Shown: positions 14,155-28,312, counted from the stretch's first letter. The stretch: 64,000 nucleotides of DNA from Marsupella aquatica (GCA_973895155.1 OZ316891.1:9301875-9365874); one strand, 5' to 3'. Notes: a model not told the origin generated them from the sequence alone. Numbers and translations are program-made.

Positions 14155-14687
14155 TTTATTATTTAGTTTTACAATGTGAAGCCAAATGGGTTTTAATTAT
14201 GAACATTTTTATCGATTGATTTTTTCAAACTTGTAAACAATTAAAAAATAGAAACATTTTGATATAAAACACTGATATATCTTTGACAAACATCAAAATG
14301 GTAACTTTGTTTTACTAAATGACATCTCTTCCTTTGTATTTTGGTTTTTTTATGTTTAGTATTTACGGCATGGCGCCCCAAAAATTACGTTGCTTTTGCC
14401 ACAAACAGGAATGTGCATTTATTATTTAGTTTTACAATGTGAAGCCAAATGGGTTTTAATTATGTACATTTTCATTTTTATCGATTGATTTTTTCAAACT
14501 TGTAAACAATTAAAAAATAGAAACATTTTGATATAAAACACTGATATATCTTTGACAAACATCAAAATGGTAATTTTGTTTTACTAAATGACATCTCTTC
14601 CTTTGTATTTTGGTTTTTTTTACGTTTAGTATTTACGGCATGGCGCCCCAAAAATTACGTTGCTTTTGCCACAAACAGGAATGTGCA
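14155..14687. repeat. Near-perfect tandem duplication, ~263 bp unit
   Basis: tttattatttagttttacaatgtgaagcc...acaaacaggaatgtgca at 14155-14417 and 14418-14687. Confidence 0.95.
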
Positions 14688-16477
14688 CGTTTGTTATTGT
14701 TAAAAATAGGATCATTCCTATTTGTGGCTAGTTGTGATGATGTGGCGCAACCTCATGGCCGAGAATTTGCAAGAGACCCCTAATGGGGGTCCGTAAAGAA
14801 TGATAAGATGATCAGAAGCCCACCAATTTTAAACATACCCTTGAAGTCGTGAGTTGAAACACCAACGTGTTAGATTTATTCTGAAATTGTTAAGAGGATT
14901 AATGAAGAAGCCTCTACCAGGACAAAATATTCCTATATAAATAAATAGAAATAAGGGTTCTTGGGACTGAGGCCCCCATGGCCGTAGAGGTTTGACAAAA
15001 TGCCCGGATGCACCAGTACAACCCCAATTGACTAACGACAAATCTTGTTGTACTCTCCAGGTTGCAAAGTTCATGGGAGTGGTCCATTCCAGCATTAAAT
15101 TCCCTACATAGAAAGGAAAAGATTACTGTATAAAATTATGGAAAAACAATAATAGCCCTCACACTACAAGAATGGAAGAGTACATTGCTGTAGCTTTCAA
15201 ACAAAAGAAATGGTAGTAATATTCAAGGATCTCAAGTTTGTTGCTAGTTTACAACAGTGCTATATTTTGCCGACCCCCTAATCCAAGAAGTCACTTTAAG
15301 TAATGTGGTCATGAGTGGTTGCTGGTAGCACCATCATGAGCTTCTGGTTGACTTGAACTCAATGTTGTGTGTAACATTGCTTGCAGAGTCATGGGTTGAA
15401 GATATGGTCACAACCAGATACAGGTTGGGGGCCATAAATAGGGACAAAAATAGGAAACCAAAGTTGGACTGGGGGTGACAAGTACCCAAAAGCATATATG
15501 AAAGGAGTATGTACTCGACAAACCCTCACAAGCTATCAGTAAGTTGTGATCAGTTGAGACCTTGTGCTATTCTCTCAACTAGGACAAGGGAACGGTTAGC
15601 ACATGCAAGTGTGATGATGGGCATGGGAGAGTTTGATTTCCAACTTGAGTTTGCACCCCAAGGAAGGTGGTCCCCATGTGCTATTTCTGTAGCTTGCCAA
15701 CGGTGTCACCGTTACTGCCCATGGATGATTGACAACAGCTTGAGATCCACAAGTGATCTCAAGGAACTAGTAGGTGTGTTGCAGAGTGGGCAGCAAGCGA
15801 AACCAAGAGAAGAGGTCAGTAGCTGGACCCCAGGTCTGGGCGCTAGAACATAGATGATTTTCATGTCATCTTTAAATTCATGGGACTGTATACTTTGGTT
15901 CGTTTAATGGGGTCACAAGCCCACAGCCTGAGCGTTGCACAATTTGAAAGGGCAATATAGCAAGCCAGGAAGCATTACAATATGGGTATGGAGATGTAAG
16001 CCTCAGTGAGCAGCCTCATCTTCACAGATTGAAATTGTTTCTACTCCTAGAGTAGAGGGCTAGAATTGTTCACTAACTTTCAACCTAAATCCAAGTCTCC
16101 TGTCATGTGAGCCTTATGACACCTCTTCATTCTTATGCAAAACCTTAAAACAGATGAAAAGGGCTCAAGCCAACATTCTACATGGCTATGGAGATTTTAT
16201 TTAAAGACTTATTTTTCCTGAATGTTAGCACAAGATTTCAATTGGCGAAGGGTCAAATATCCAAACATTATAATATGCAATGTTGCTCTCTCTTTCTCAT
16301 GGTCTATTTACAAGCTGTCATTCTAGCAAGAAGCCTCCCTGACTGTTTGAGTATGGTGACCTTTTTCATAATCATGAGATGGGCCTAAAGGTGGCATTGT
16401 GCACCATCCCTTTCTGTGCCCAACCCAACACTCCTTGGAATCCCATTACCAGACTGACGTGCCGGCTCACCACAGTA

Positions 16478-16710
16478 TCTACTATATATGGTCATCTCAC
16501 TTATGCTTGATAACACTTGTGTTCAACATCTATTAGTACTATCAACTATAATCTGCAATGCACAGGCATTGGGCTAGTTTGTCTAAATTACAATTCTCAA
16601 TCAAAGTCTACCCTTTGTCACCTATTTCTCTGGTACACTATGCTTGTGAATCCCTCGAGCATGGGAGTCTGGATGCGGGGAGCCCTTCCAGTAGCTAAGT
16701 ACTGGTATGT
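16478..16710 (+). mobile_element. Degenerate relative of the mini-Helitron at 19941-20109
   Basis: Shares cttgtga..gcatg-ggagtctgg..ggagcccttcc followed by a hairpin (ccagta gctaag tactgg). A|TCTAC start candidate at 16478; terminal CTAG not preserved. Confidence 0.45.
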
Positions 16711-19602
16711 GGGTAAGGATAGTCAGGGCAAGGATAGTCATGGAAGTACTCGTGTTCAAGCTAGGATAGTCAAGGGTGGGAGAACTGGTCAAAAGTGTTG
16801 TGGGGATACTACTACCATGCTACATAAATGTGCAGCTGTACAGGTCTAGCTCCCACTACTACTAGCATCTGTGCAGGTCTCCACCTCTCACCCCCCAAAA
16901 AAAACACAAAAAGCGAAGTTGAAGAAGAGAACATAGACAAGCACATCATCAGTGGCAAACTCAATTCAAATCAACTTAATAATTTTCCCGGTATACTTTG
17001 TGTTTTCCCCAATTATTTCTAGTTTCATTCACCTGCACGATCAGTAGATCTGAAACGAGATTACTTGCCATGGGAGGATGTCAGGGAATAATGTCATGAT
17101 AAGGCTGGAGAAACATGCGAGACACTGAAGAAAACTGAGAAAGTAAGGTGAGGACTTGCAGGAGTATGATCTTCTGTCGACAGAATTCTCAGGCTTCAAT
17201 CTGACAGTGTGGATTGCACATGAATTTGGTCCACTTCCATTTCTGCAACTTTTGGCCCAGCATTTCTGTGCTAGCCTTGTAGATACCAAGTTGTACTGAG
17301 ATCAAAGGTATATCACTACACTCACTAGACAGCAAGAGCTAGGCACTAGTACGAGCAAGCATGAAACAAAAACACTGACATCAACGAAGTGCTTAACATT
17401 GAACGATAGATTCACCAAAACCCTAGTGGTTGTAGAGTAGACTTACAGTAGTTTTCTTGGTTTACTAATTCTCCAATGTGCTCGAATCGAGTCGACGTGA
17501 AATACATAACAAAAACATGTAACGAGATTAAATGGTTTCATCATGAACAGAGCTTTTTTCACCTGTGGTAAAAAAATCCTAAGGTTTCGAGAAGAGCAAC
17601 TTTTTTCACAGAAACCTGCACAACAACTTTGAACGGTGCCACTTTCAGCTCCAATGTACACAATTTCCGGCGAACTTGACATAATACCAGATCAATCAGT
17701 TATATCTATAACAGACCACAGGAGCTCTGATCTAGTTCATCGATAAATATCACCAGGTGACTTACCAAAATTGACTGGACTCAACTTTTGACAGTGTCAT
17801 AAAAGCACTCATTCAAGTGAATGTCAGCAGGTTGGTGACGATTGAATCCGTCTCAACAGCAATTCATACTCCTGCAAATCATCAGACTTAGGCTTATTGA
17901 ATTTGGAGTTAGTTTTCAACAACTACCAACTATAGAATTCCCAAAATCATTCTTTTAATTCTAGGATAGCCAAATTTTAAAATTGCTCTCAGGTTTTTGA
18001 AGACCTGAATTGAAGACCTGAATTGAATTCCAATTACATGAATTCTTTGATAGAACTGTCAGATTCTTCTGGAATGTGTAGATTCGCCTAATGTCTTTTT
18101 GGCTCAATGCCTAAAGAGAAGAGAAAACTGCCACCAGCTTGTTACTGGAGCCAAGATTCACAACTACCTTAGGGGTAGCTTGGTTAGCTATTCTCAATTG
18201 CAAAAGGTTATTTTCCCGTGCTTCCATACTTTGGCTTCCAGACTTTTGGGGCAGGTCATTGAAAATTTTCCTAACCCAGAAGTCTTCAGTTTTTACGGAC
18301 TGACCTCCTATTTTTCCTATTTTCCAAGTGCCAAGTCTTTTGTGTTCAAAGTGTTTGGTGAACCTCACTTTGAGATGAGGCTTTGTGAAAAAGTTAGTTG
18401 ACTTATGAAGCTTGACCTCAGAACCTTGGTTGGCTCAATGAAGATTGTTATTAATGCATGAACTATGTTTGCTGATGACTTTGTACTTATGTGGATCCCC
18501 AACCTTAAATAACATTTGCGTATGTGAAGATATACCCCCATGTCTTATTCAGGTTCTAGAGGGCATTAACGAGCCTCCCATACTTAGCTGCCTGTCCCTT
18601 CTCTATCCAATTATTTCCATGTGTAATTGGTTACAAATGAACCTCATTTTTGGGTGGGACATGTGTGAAAAGGATTTACCCTGCTGCTAGCAAGATTGAA
18701 GCCCCCACTCACCTGCTCTACCACTGACCCAAGGTGTGGTTTATGTCCAGAGCCTTGCAAGACTAGTGATTAACCCAATACTAGGTCATGCACAAGCAGA
18801 CAACAGCCTCCCTAATTGCACACACTGATCAACTCTCAAGATCACCTGACAAGCATCAGGGAAAACTTGAACAGTGACCCATTAAGTACTACTAGGGGGT
18901 CTCAAACCTTTAAATTAAAAAAACCTTAACTTAGTAGTTAAGATTAGGGGCAGAGAAAAGTTGTGGTAGCAGTTAAGATTAGGGGCAGAAAAAAAGTTGT
19001 GGACGGCCACATTCATGGTCAATCATGGTCGAAAATCAATTTAGAAACTTTTAACCTTGTGAAAAAACTATGGTGATTTGTTTATGGCTAAAAGCCATAT
19101 CGCTAAAACTCTGAAATTTTGAGACACACTAATAAATGTCTTCCCAGGAAGACACGTCCGCGATTTTTCAAATGGAGACACTGAGACACTTAGCGTACAC
19201 TTTAAGTCTAGGATCATAATTATAAAGCCGTGCTTATTATAGGTATGCATCTAACGAGGGAAAGCTCTACTCCATGTCATGATGACGCTATTTGGAGTTG
19301 ATTTGTGTGCACAAGTATGGTCCCCCAGTTCAAACAAGCCATCGACAACTCATGAGTTGTCGCATTTGAGTGGATTGTTTAAACCCTTGGAATTATATTG
19401 GCGATGATGAAACCTCACTAATAAAATCGAGACAACCTCATCATTGCTACAGTTGTTGGACAGTTTCCCATAAAGTCCACTTTCCAGCCCAACCAAAAAG
19501 AAACCCAAAACCCATCTTACGGAGTTTAATCCATTTCAAGACACCCATGGGAGAGGCATTGGTTGCATGGAGTCCCACCAAACTTTTTCCGGTAGAAAAA
19601 CT

Positions 19603-19900
19603 TTTCTTTTTTTCCTAGAAACCGAAAGCAACCGATCCAAGAGTGGATAGAGGATTCCATGCACCTCTGTAAGGTACCCACAATGGGACTATCCAGGAAG
19701 GACCCGTGGGAAGGGAGAGAGAGGGTTAAAGCAGGGCCCCAAAGTGGACCAGCCAGGGTCGCACAGGAACCAGTACTCCCATCACTTCACCCCACCCACA
19801 CACATACATACCCTCCACACCCCTTGCATGTGAAGGAGGGTTGAACCTACAAGCTCTTGCTTCTAGGCTAGTCCCTAGCCAATTGACCTCAGCCGTGAGG
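19603..19900 (-). mobile_element. Candidate tRNA-derived SINE
   Basis: Minus strand reads ..gctgAGGTCAATTGGctaggg.. (A-box-like), then about 35-40 nt later gtaGGTTCAACcc (B-box-like), a ~220 bp body and an A-rich tail (ggaaaaaaagaaaag). No TSD found. Confidence 0.42.
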
Positions 19901-19940
19901 TATTGAGACTACGTTGTGCATTTTTGGCCGTCACATGATA

Positions 19941-20109
19941 TCTACATCAATACTATAATTTGGGTTTTAAGTACACTCTTCATGACCTATTCCGCCATAC
20001 ACTGTAGTTTATTTTTTGATAGTTACATTATACTTGTGAGTGGGGACGGGCATGTGGAGTCTGGGTAAAGGGAGCCCTTCCTGTGCATAAGCACGGGTAT
20101 AACAGCTAG
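19941..20109 (+). mobile_element. Non-autonomous mini-Helitron (169 bp)
   Basis: A|TCTACATC 5' end; imperfect subterminal hairpin cctgtgc-ataa-gcacggg; 3' end CTAG|T; inserted in an AT dinucleotide with no TSD. These are the canonical Helitron hallmarks. Confidence 0.75.
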
Positions 20110-21259
20110 TTTTACACTCCTGGCAATCATTCAAACACACTTCAGGTGGAACAGATTTTCAAGCACAGAATCTGTTGTCTATTGTCTTTCAACATCATGT
20201 TTTTCTCCTGCTGGATCCAACCTGCTTTAAGTTGCATGGTTGCCACCAATTTTCTCTGAAACAATTGGGCAAGAGAAGAGGGATAACCCCATCAGAGTGA
20301 CCAGGCCACACACCTAGCCAAGTAACTCGTGCAGGGGAAAAACCCTTTGTTGCCAAGATAATATCCCTTGCAGTTGAGCTCCAAAACTTCCCCCTAACAA
20401 GACTCTGACATTTTGTGGCCATGTGCCTGGTTTGTTTGTGACAAGGTGTAAAGGATGTTACTAGATGGGCCCCCAACCAAACTTTTTTTCCCCAATAAAT
20501 CCCATGAGGTTTTGGGTACATTGATTTAAGGTCTATCAATGGTATGGATCATGCACGGGTCCATTAAGTAAAACTTTTCATGTTGGGGATCCATCAAGCT
20601 TATAACTCCAAGGTGTACCATCTACTCTAAAGTATGGAATTATCTGGTTTCTACCTCATTCCTAACATGCATACACATTGTCTTTCATTAGTGGGTAGAT
20701 GGGGAGGTCATTTGTCTATATTGCTCCCAGTAATATGCATAGACAATGTTTCTACTGTAGCCCAGAGGCAAGGAAGAGTTTCAGTTCTAGAGCAAAACTT
20801 AACCAATTAACAGGAGGGGTAATGTATACGACAAAGGCACTTCAAAGAGTGCTAGGCTTGGGCAATGTGATTCACTTTGGAGTGGGCAGCTCTCCCTGAC
20901 TTATGAATGAAATTTCTATTCATGTGAGCGTCTGAACCAGTGTCGTTTTGCAAAGACAGTGTAATTTAAACATAAGAATAGGTCCCTGCAATTTACTTGT
21001 TTAGCCAGGGGTGGGGGTTTAGGGACCTTCCCTGGACAAGCAGCTGCACAACTGGCTGCAGGTCTTCAGGAATACCATCCAATATTTACAAAGAAATGAT
21101 TGAATAGATCCACTGACAACCATCCAATGACCAAACCTGGGATCATTTTGATTGTCTGATCTCTCCAAGCTGACCAAGATAAGCTGACCAAGATTGCCGC
21201 TTAACAACTTTTAGCTAGGTTATCACTAAAGATGTTCCAGTTGACAATACTATAATTTT

Positions 21260-21450
21260 TTTGGTATTTGCAAACATACCACGGTTTTTGTATATGTTAT
21301 CTTGGTTATGTTTATGAACTTGTCGTAGATATACAAACATCATGTAGCATTTTTGTATTGTTTTTATTGTATTTATAAACACATCACAGTTTTTGTATAT
21401 GGTTATCTTAGTTATGTTTATGAACTTGTTGTCCACACACATACACGGCA
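21260..21450. repeat. Degenerate tandem duplication, ~108 bp period
   Basis: aaacat..cac.gtttttgtatatg.ttatctt.gttatgtttatgaacttgt occurs twice. Confidence 0.7.
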
Positions 21451-24400
21451 TATTTGTAATTATAACAGAGACAGAGGCATATGATCAATTGGAACATCTT
21501 TAGTGGCAAAGTAGTGAAAGTTGAATTGCATGATTAATGATGGAAAAGGTGTAATAATGAAACTGAAAAGAGTGATACATTCTCCAGTTTTACTTAAAAT
21601 ATATGTCAAGAAGCAAGCTTTTGATCGAATATTCACTCCTTGGATTAGTGGAGTGTAGGATCTCCCAACTTATATGGTAAGAGCATCATCAAACTTTGAC
21701 AAATATGAATTCCTCCTATAGAATTGCAAGCTAACGTCATAAAGTTCAATTTGCCCTCGTATCCAAACAATCAGTCCTCACTTTAGGGCATCCACTTTTG
21801 TGTTTTCTGGGAAATGAGCCCGTTGAAGCTTTATATCCCGCAATCTGAAAGATTGTGAGGGCCTCGAATGTATCAATGGAATGCAGAGCTACCTCAGAAT
21901 ACTAAATAAATAAATTTGCCAAAAAAACAAAAAGCGCGGAACCTGTAGACAAGATCCTGAGGGCCTTTTACTAAAGATCCCAAGGCCCGGGTACCCAATA
22001 AAGTGGAGATAATCAGGGAAACCCAAGAGGACCTTGAACAGGAACTAAGACAGTAATTTATTTATTTTCGATATTTTGTAAAATAGTCAATGAAAGGCTA
22101 CTGTTTTTCTATAATTGTCCCTCAATAGTACAGTAGTTGCCTTACTCATCTTGTGATAATGGTAGCTTGACTTTTTCCTTTAGAGTGGAAACCGACCATG
22201 AGCAAGGTGTGCAAGTGGCTTGTACAACGGGTGGGAAATATGGTAGCTTGACTTAGAACTTCTCTCACTTTGAGAAGCATAATCTTAGGTATCTATATTT
22301 GGGATAGATAATTGTATTGAACCCTAGTCTAAATTATGGTGGCTGGGTATGCATAGGAAGGCCTCCCTGTACTCAATACTCCCTCTACCATAAACATAGT
22401 CTAAATATCACAATTTCCTGGGACCATAAAGAATGGGCTATTGCTTTGCTCTATTGAATAGTACATGAATAACAGACTTTGATCACAAATGATACGATAC
22501 TGTGGATACACTAAATGTTGTTGGGCTGAACTGTTGTCAAGCATGAATGAGAACAGTCAAACACTCTAAGGAGTTGGCAAGTCAATAAGACACACAAACT
22601 GGATTTCAAAGAGTGTGCAAGCTATATGAAGAGTGCCAGCTGGGGGTGATAAAGGTACCAGTGGTACCGGTCCATCTCATGGTTAGGGAAAACTTTCACC
22701 ATAATCCAGCAGCCAAGGAGGTTCCTGCCATATGACATTCAGTAAATAGACCACAAGAAAGATTGAGTGGGACTGCACTTTGTAGTGTTTAGATATTCTC
22801 CGTCTCATTTTCCTGAATCAAAAATTGTAAACTATGTAACGATCATGATTGTAAGCTCCTACATCGACTAGATAATATTCTAACAATATTTAAGCTGATA
22901 GGGGAACCTAAGAAAACTGTGGAAATGTGAGTAAGTTCATAGAGGATGTGAAGACCATGGTAGGAAACAGTTCTGCATTCCAGAGCATTTTAATTGAAGT
23001 TTGTACTTTGATTACTTCTATCTAAGTAGTGTAAGTGAGTCTGAATTGATTGAAACCATCAGAATCACAACATAGATGGGATGGGGCCAAATAAACCCAC
23101 TGGAAAAACTTAGGTTAGCCATGGAGGCAATGTTCTCCCACCCTGTGGTTCTAAATGAGACAGTTAGTGGTCCTTTTGGCACTAGAAAAACCCACTATAT
23201 TAGAACCGTTCACAGACCCATTGAATGGACACCAAAAATGCTACAAGGGGCTCTGGCACTTATTATAACACTTGGGGGTGGAGGTTATTTTTCATGAGGT
23301 GTACATTGTCATGAATTGTCCCACAGTATACTTTTCTTTCTAGAGAGAATTTCATAGTTTCAATTCAAACAAGTTGTGACTTTACCCTTGGAGGTCTCCC
23401 ATCACCAACAATTTTAGGCCTTGGATCCCCTATAATGTAATTTTTTTTTACTTTTTACCCTTATTGACAAATATTCTTAGCATCTTCTTCTTTTCACAAT
23501 GTAACATTAGCAAGGGTGGCGGAACCGCGGAAAGAAGGAAAAATACTTATATAGATGCCATGGATTCTCCCAAAATGTGTGAGAGATGTAATAAATTGGC
23601 GCCAACGATAGAATGTCCTAAACTCTTCATAATTCATTCCCTTCGTAATCATATGGTAAATGATTACAGTAATAGAAGATCTTGTCCACACTTCTTAGTG
23701 CAATCACACTAAATCAGGTCTCAAATCATTTCAAAGACAAGCCAAGAGACAAAATAACCTTAAGGGTGCTTTGTACAACACTTGGGCCCATCCAATCTGA
23801 CAACGTGTTTGGATAATGAGCATTAACTGACACAAACGTATTGGAGATTTCTGTGTCAGATTTGAATCTTGGTTACGATAATAATTGGCGCCAAAGTTGT
23901 TAGAGCCACATAAAAAAATATTTTTTCAGTTTCTCTCGTAGAGTTTGTATGATTGTATTTTTACTATCCAATCCCCCAAACCCTGGTAGAGTTTATTACC
24001 TTTCCTCCACAACTGATTAATTATCAGGTTGCCTCTAGTTTTGTATGTGGGTTGGCTAAACTCTGCTACAATAACCCAGATGACACGCAACTGAATTGCA
24101 CACAATGAGGCTCATGATTTGCCAGTGCTAACACTGCAACTGTATATTCACCCTGGACCGGATTCTTACACCCAACACACCAGTATGTTTACTATTGTCC
24201 ACGAGCAAACACTTATGCACTTAAGGTTTCATTGCGGTGGCCCGGACAATTTAGGAGCCCATATTTGGTCCTTTAGTGCCAGCATTTTGTAATTCAGTGA
24301 GGTGGGACTTGCACTTATCCAAAGTGCTTTTGAGTGCATTTGCAAAGAAAATCCTTGTTAGGGTGTCTCAAACGTAAGAAGATGCAAGCTTTTAGTCAAA

Positions 24401-24532
24401 CCAAGAGTTCACAGTGCAGAATGCGGACCCATAATATGCCGTACACAAAATTATTGGAGACCACACTGTTTTGTTTGGGATTTTTTTTGCAAACTGCAGA
24501 ACACAGATCTTCCCTTACTTCTACAACATTTA

Positions 24533-24893
24533 CTAGGACGTCTCAATTATGGCCAGTTGCGGGACATTTCAGCGCCCGGGAGTATCGGGGCCTGGGCCTC
24601 CGGACAGGACTGGTCGGGCACCGATTGTGGTGCCTGATCAGTCATGCCTGGGAAATTTCCACCACAAACCCCCGCCCAACCGTGATTAGCCCTTCACGCA
24701 AAACAGCACAGCTATTAGTCCTTCGCGCAAAACAGCACAGGGAGCAGGACTCTGCGACATCTCCACCCGCGACCAGTCTCAGAATTGACTACACCAAAAC
24801 TTCTTGGGCGACATCAACCCTGTCGCAATGTGCCCGACTACATCTCAGGTCACCCGTGTTTGAATTTGTTTTTACACAACTGAGACGCCCTAG
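24533..24893. mobile_element. MITE with 13 bp TIRs and TA flanks (Tc1/mariner-like)
   Basis: TA|CTAGGACGTCTCA at 24533 and TGAGACGCCCTAG|TA ending 24893 (one mismatch). Related TIR-like words (tagggtgtctcaaa) at about 18892, 24359 and 26447. Confidence 0.65.
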
Positions 24894-25582
24894 TACATCT
24901 CTCAAAGTCATCCCCCCCACCCCCCCGGCTGTGCTTACTTATGCCGGAAATGCAGGGCCCGACCCTAGTTTCGGTCTTGTCGGTCTTGTTCCTGGCGGTC
25001 AGCAGCCCGGCCTAGTAATGAGAGAAGCAAATTTTGGGACGCCCTATTACGAGAATAGGAATTACCAGGTTACTTATCCTCGCCGCACTTACCCTAAACT
25101 CACTGTGTAAGGCAGAATTACCAATAATCAAGCCCCACGCCCGCTGTACACCCGGCTGAACAGTGCCCACGTTTCTAGGCGACTCCCAAAAGCACGCTTG
25201 CTGTTTCGCCGTTCAGTCCGTCAGTCCATCCGTCCGACCGCACCGTTAGCAAGCAGTCCCTGTAGCAGCCCGTTAGAGCGGCTCACCGGCTCACCGGCCG
25301 TGGTGGCTCGGAGACCCTCGCCGGCGGCCACTTCGTGTTGTCGCCTGCGTGAGGTCGACTCGCAGAACGTCATCGGCAGTGAGGATTCCCGGGAAGTACC
25401 GACCGCGAGGCCGGTGAACGGTAAGGAACCGTGTCCGTTGCGAGGTACGCGCGATGTGACATGCGTGCAAGGGCTACCGTAGGGGACGGTCAGATTCGCG
25501 GATGCCGTGCGCGAAACCTCAGTATTTTCTACCTCTCAAATTATAGCCTGATGCCATGCCATAAATAATACTTTAAACCAAT

Positions 25583-25766
25583 GTATACATTGATATATCA
25601 GCGTTTTAGATGGTGCTTTAAAATATCCTCTACACTGATATATCAGTGTTGTATCAGCGTTTTTAGATGGTGCTTTAAATTAACCTATACTCTGATATAT
25701 CAGTGTTGTATCAGCGTTTTAGATGGTGCTTTAAAATAACCTATACACTGATATATCAGCGTTTTG
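25583..25766. repeat. Minisatellite, ~58 bp unit, about 3 copies
   Basis: tacactgatatatcag(tgttgtatcag)cgttttagatggtgctttaaa repeated. Confidence 0.9.
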
Positions 25767-28312
25767 ACATCAAATGCATCAATAATTACCAACGTATGCA
25801 TTGAGAAAGTTTTTTTTCCAAGTTTGGCTAAATGTTTCCCAAGGATCAAAATTTTCAATAATTATTGAATTTTAGCGACAACCTGATCCATATTACATTA
25901 ATGCGCTCTGGAATGAGACCTTGGTATAGTGCACTTCCTGGATTACAATCACCTTCTTTCACTTATTGAACATTTGCAATTACATATTTTGCAATTGAAC
26001 CCGCAATGAGAACCGGAGTGGTCCCCATCGTTATTTTTATCACAATAATTAGACATTTAAAATTTCCCTAAGTAAGGATATGAGCCCACAGTGAGAACCC
26101 ACTTACCTGGGTATATGTTTGTCTCAATAGTGTTTAGATATTTAAAATTTTACTGGAAAGTAAGGATATAAACACCGGCAAAAGTGGGATACAAACATGT
26201 GGAAACTTACGTTTATGTATTTATAATCTCCTCTTATAGTGCTCTATAGACGGGGTTAGAGGTTGTCAGCTCAAGTCTGGGTTCGATTATGTGTGCATCC
26301 TGTGTTTTTGGACACTCTGTGCCACGAAATGGGGTAAGGGGGTAACACAGGTTCAATGAGGGATATGGCAGTAGCCAGGGGTGCAATGGACTAATAGACA
26401 AGTACAGTAAATAACCAGATTGTAGATCTATGTAATTGGAACCTCCTAGGGTGTCTCAAAACTTCATCCTTAAGGGCAATGGCTTTCTGCCATTAAGAAA
26501 TGGTCATAACTTTTCTGGGGGGGTTGTGTAAACAAGTTGTTTAGTTTTTTCTACCAGCCACTACAATGGCTTACGGCCATGACATTTAATGATTCTTATG
26601 ACAAAGTTATGTTTTAAGATTCTGGTAAATAATGCATAATTTGAACTACATGTGTCTTGGTTTACCTACGACTAACGTAGATTTAACACACAATGTAGTT
26701 TGTCCAACATTAACTCGGTACATAAGGTACATCAATTTTTGGTGTTTGAGATCCCTTCTTGAGGAGTTGGCACCTATCAGAATCCTTGAAAGTCCTTTCA
26801 GCAATACTCTGCCACCTCAATAGTGTGCAGTACATAGAAGGAGAATACAAATGGTTAGAGTCACTAAGTGGCGAATCTCTAAGCAATATTTGCACTTACT
26901 AAAAGAGCATTTATCTAGAAATTGGAGTTATAGGTCTGGTCAGTAATGAAAAGACTTGAATGGGGTTGGGAATACCTTGTTAGTGCAATACTAATTCTCT
27001 GATAAGCCTTTTTCCCATTTTGCAGGCTTCCGGTGCTCTGGTGCTTTGGTTAAATCTAGTCTTGGGTTAACTTAGTTTACTTAGGCTAACTGTCATTAGT
27101 GTATTAATGGCAACTAGTTGAGACTCTAGTTGAGACTCTAGTTGAGACCTCCTCTTCATGCTCATTGTTGAGTGAGCATGCTAGGTGATAGGTGGTTTAT
27201 TTTTGGAGAGTTTTGTACTATGGATGCTTGGTATAGGTGACAGGCCTAAAGTGTTCTCGTGAACATAGCCTCATTCTCGTGAACAATGTATCTCTTGTGT
27301 TGGTGTGTATGTGCTTGTTGGTTGGGTTCTTGGTTGTGTGTCACGTTTTGGCCCAACACTTAATTTGGTCCCTAGCCCCTAGGTTTGTATTGCTCTCTGC
27401 ACAGCTGGTTAAAAAAGGATAGAGAAGAATAGAAAGTAGAGGGCAGCTGTGATATAGCATGTTCATGATATACCATTTAACATATTTGTTAAGTCAAAGA
27501 AGTCACACTTATCAAGGTTGCACTTACCGATGTCTCGTGGTGCTGTAGGGCCTTCGAGCTTTGTCCCTTTCTGCCAAGAAAAGAAAACTCAAAAAGAAAA
27601 CCTAGTACTGAAGTCTGGGTCTGCCCCGGAACAGATGGCACGCCCTCTCGTCGATGTGATCGGACGCGATGGAAAGGCCCCGCCCGCCCTCCGCCCCCGC
27701 AAGACCGCTCCCACGGGGTCCCCCGAACTGGGGAGCCCCTGTGGTCCGTATTATTATCGTACCTCGGGCAGTCAAGGGTCATGTCTCCCGCTTATCGATC
27801 TCATGCACAACTCCGATTTGTCATCTCGATCAGGCGCATATTTAAAATCTGCCTCTTCGCGCGTGCGATGTGTGTTGTTTCCAGCCCCAGCCCGCGGGAA
27901 GCTGGCTAGATTTCCTCTTTGCGCAAAAGCAGAAACACTGACAAATCGACCCTTCGCACATGCGATCTGTATCGGCCCCACCCCTCCGGAGCCACGCTAA
28001 AAGGTTATTTTCCCTTCCCCCGAACACCCAAACACCGATATATTCACGTCCACCTCTGCGTTTTCCATTTATCCGGAGGTCCAAAGAGTGCCAAATCGGG
28101 GTCCGGGACCGGAGTGTACTCCTCCCCTCGGGTGCGCGTGCGAGGTGTGGTTTCAAACGCGCCAAACACCGATATGTCCGCACTCTTCTCCGGTGCCCGA
28201 CGCGTGTGTGGTGCCGTTCAAACCCACTAAACACCGATAAGGCGAGGGCCAAACGCTGACATGTCAGCAGTTTCCCGGAGTGCGTGCTGTTGTCTGCTGG
28301 GTGCCCTGCTGC

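Noticed and set aside
15300-15860. Minus-strand CCPLC zinc-finger-like fragment, possible retroelement ORF
   Set aside because: Too short and interrupted to assign a family.
24334-25110. 258 aa ORF
   Set aside because: GTG start, no recognisable domain, and it runs across a MITE; probably a chance ORF in GC-rich DNA.
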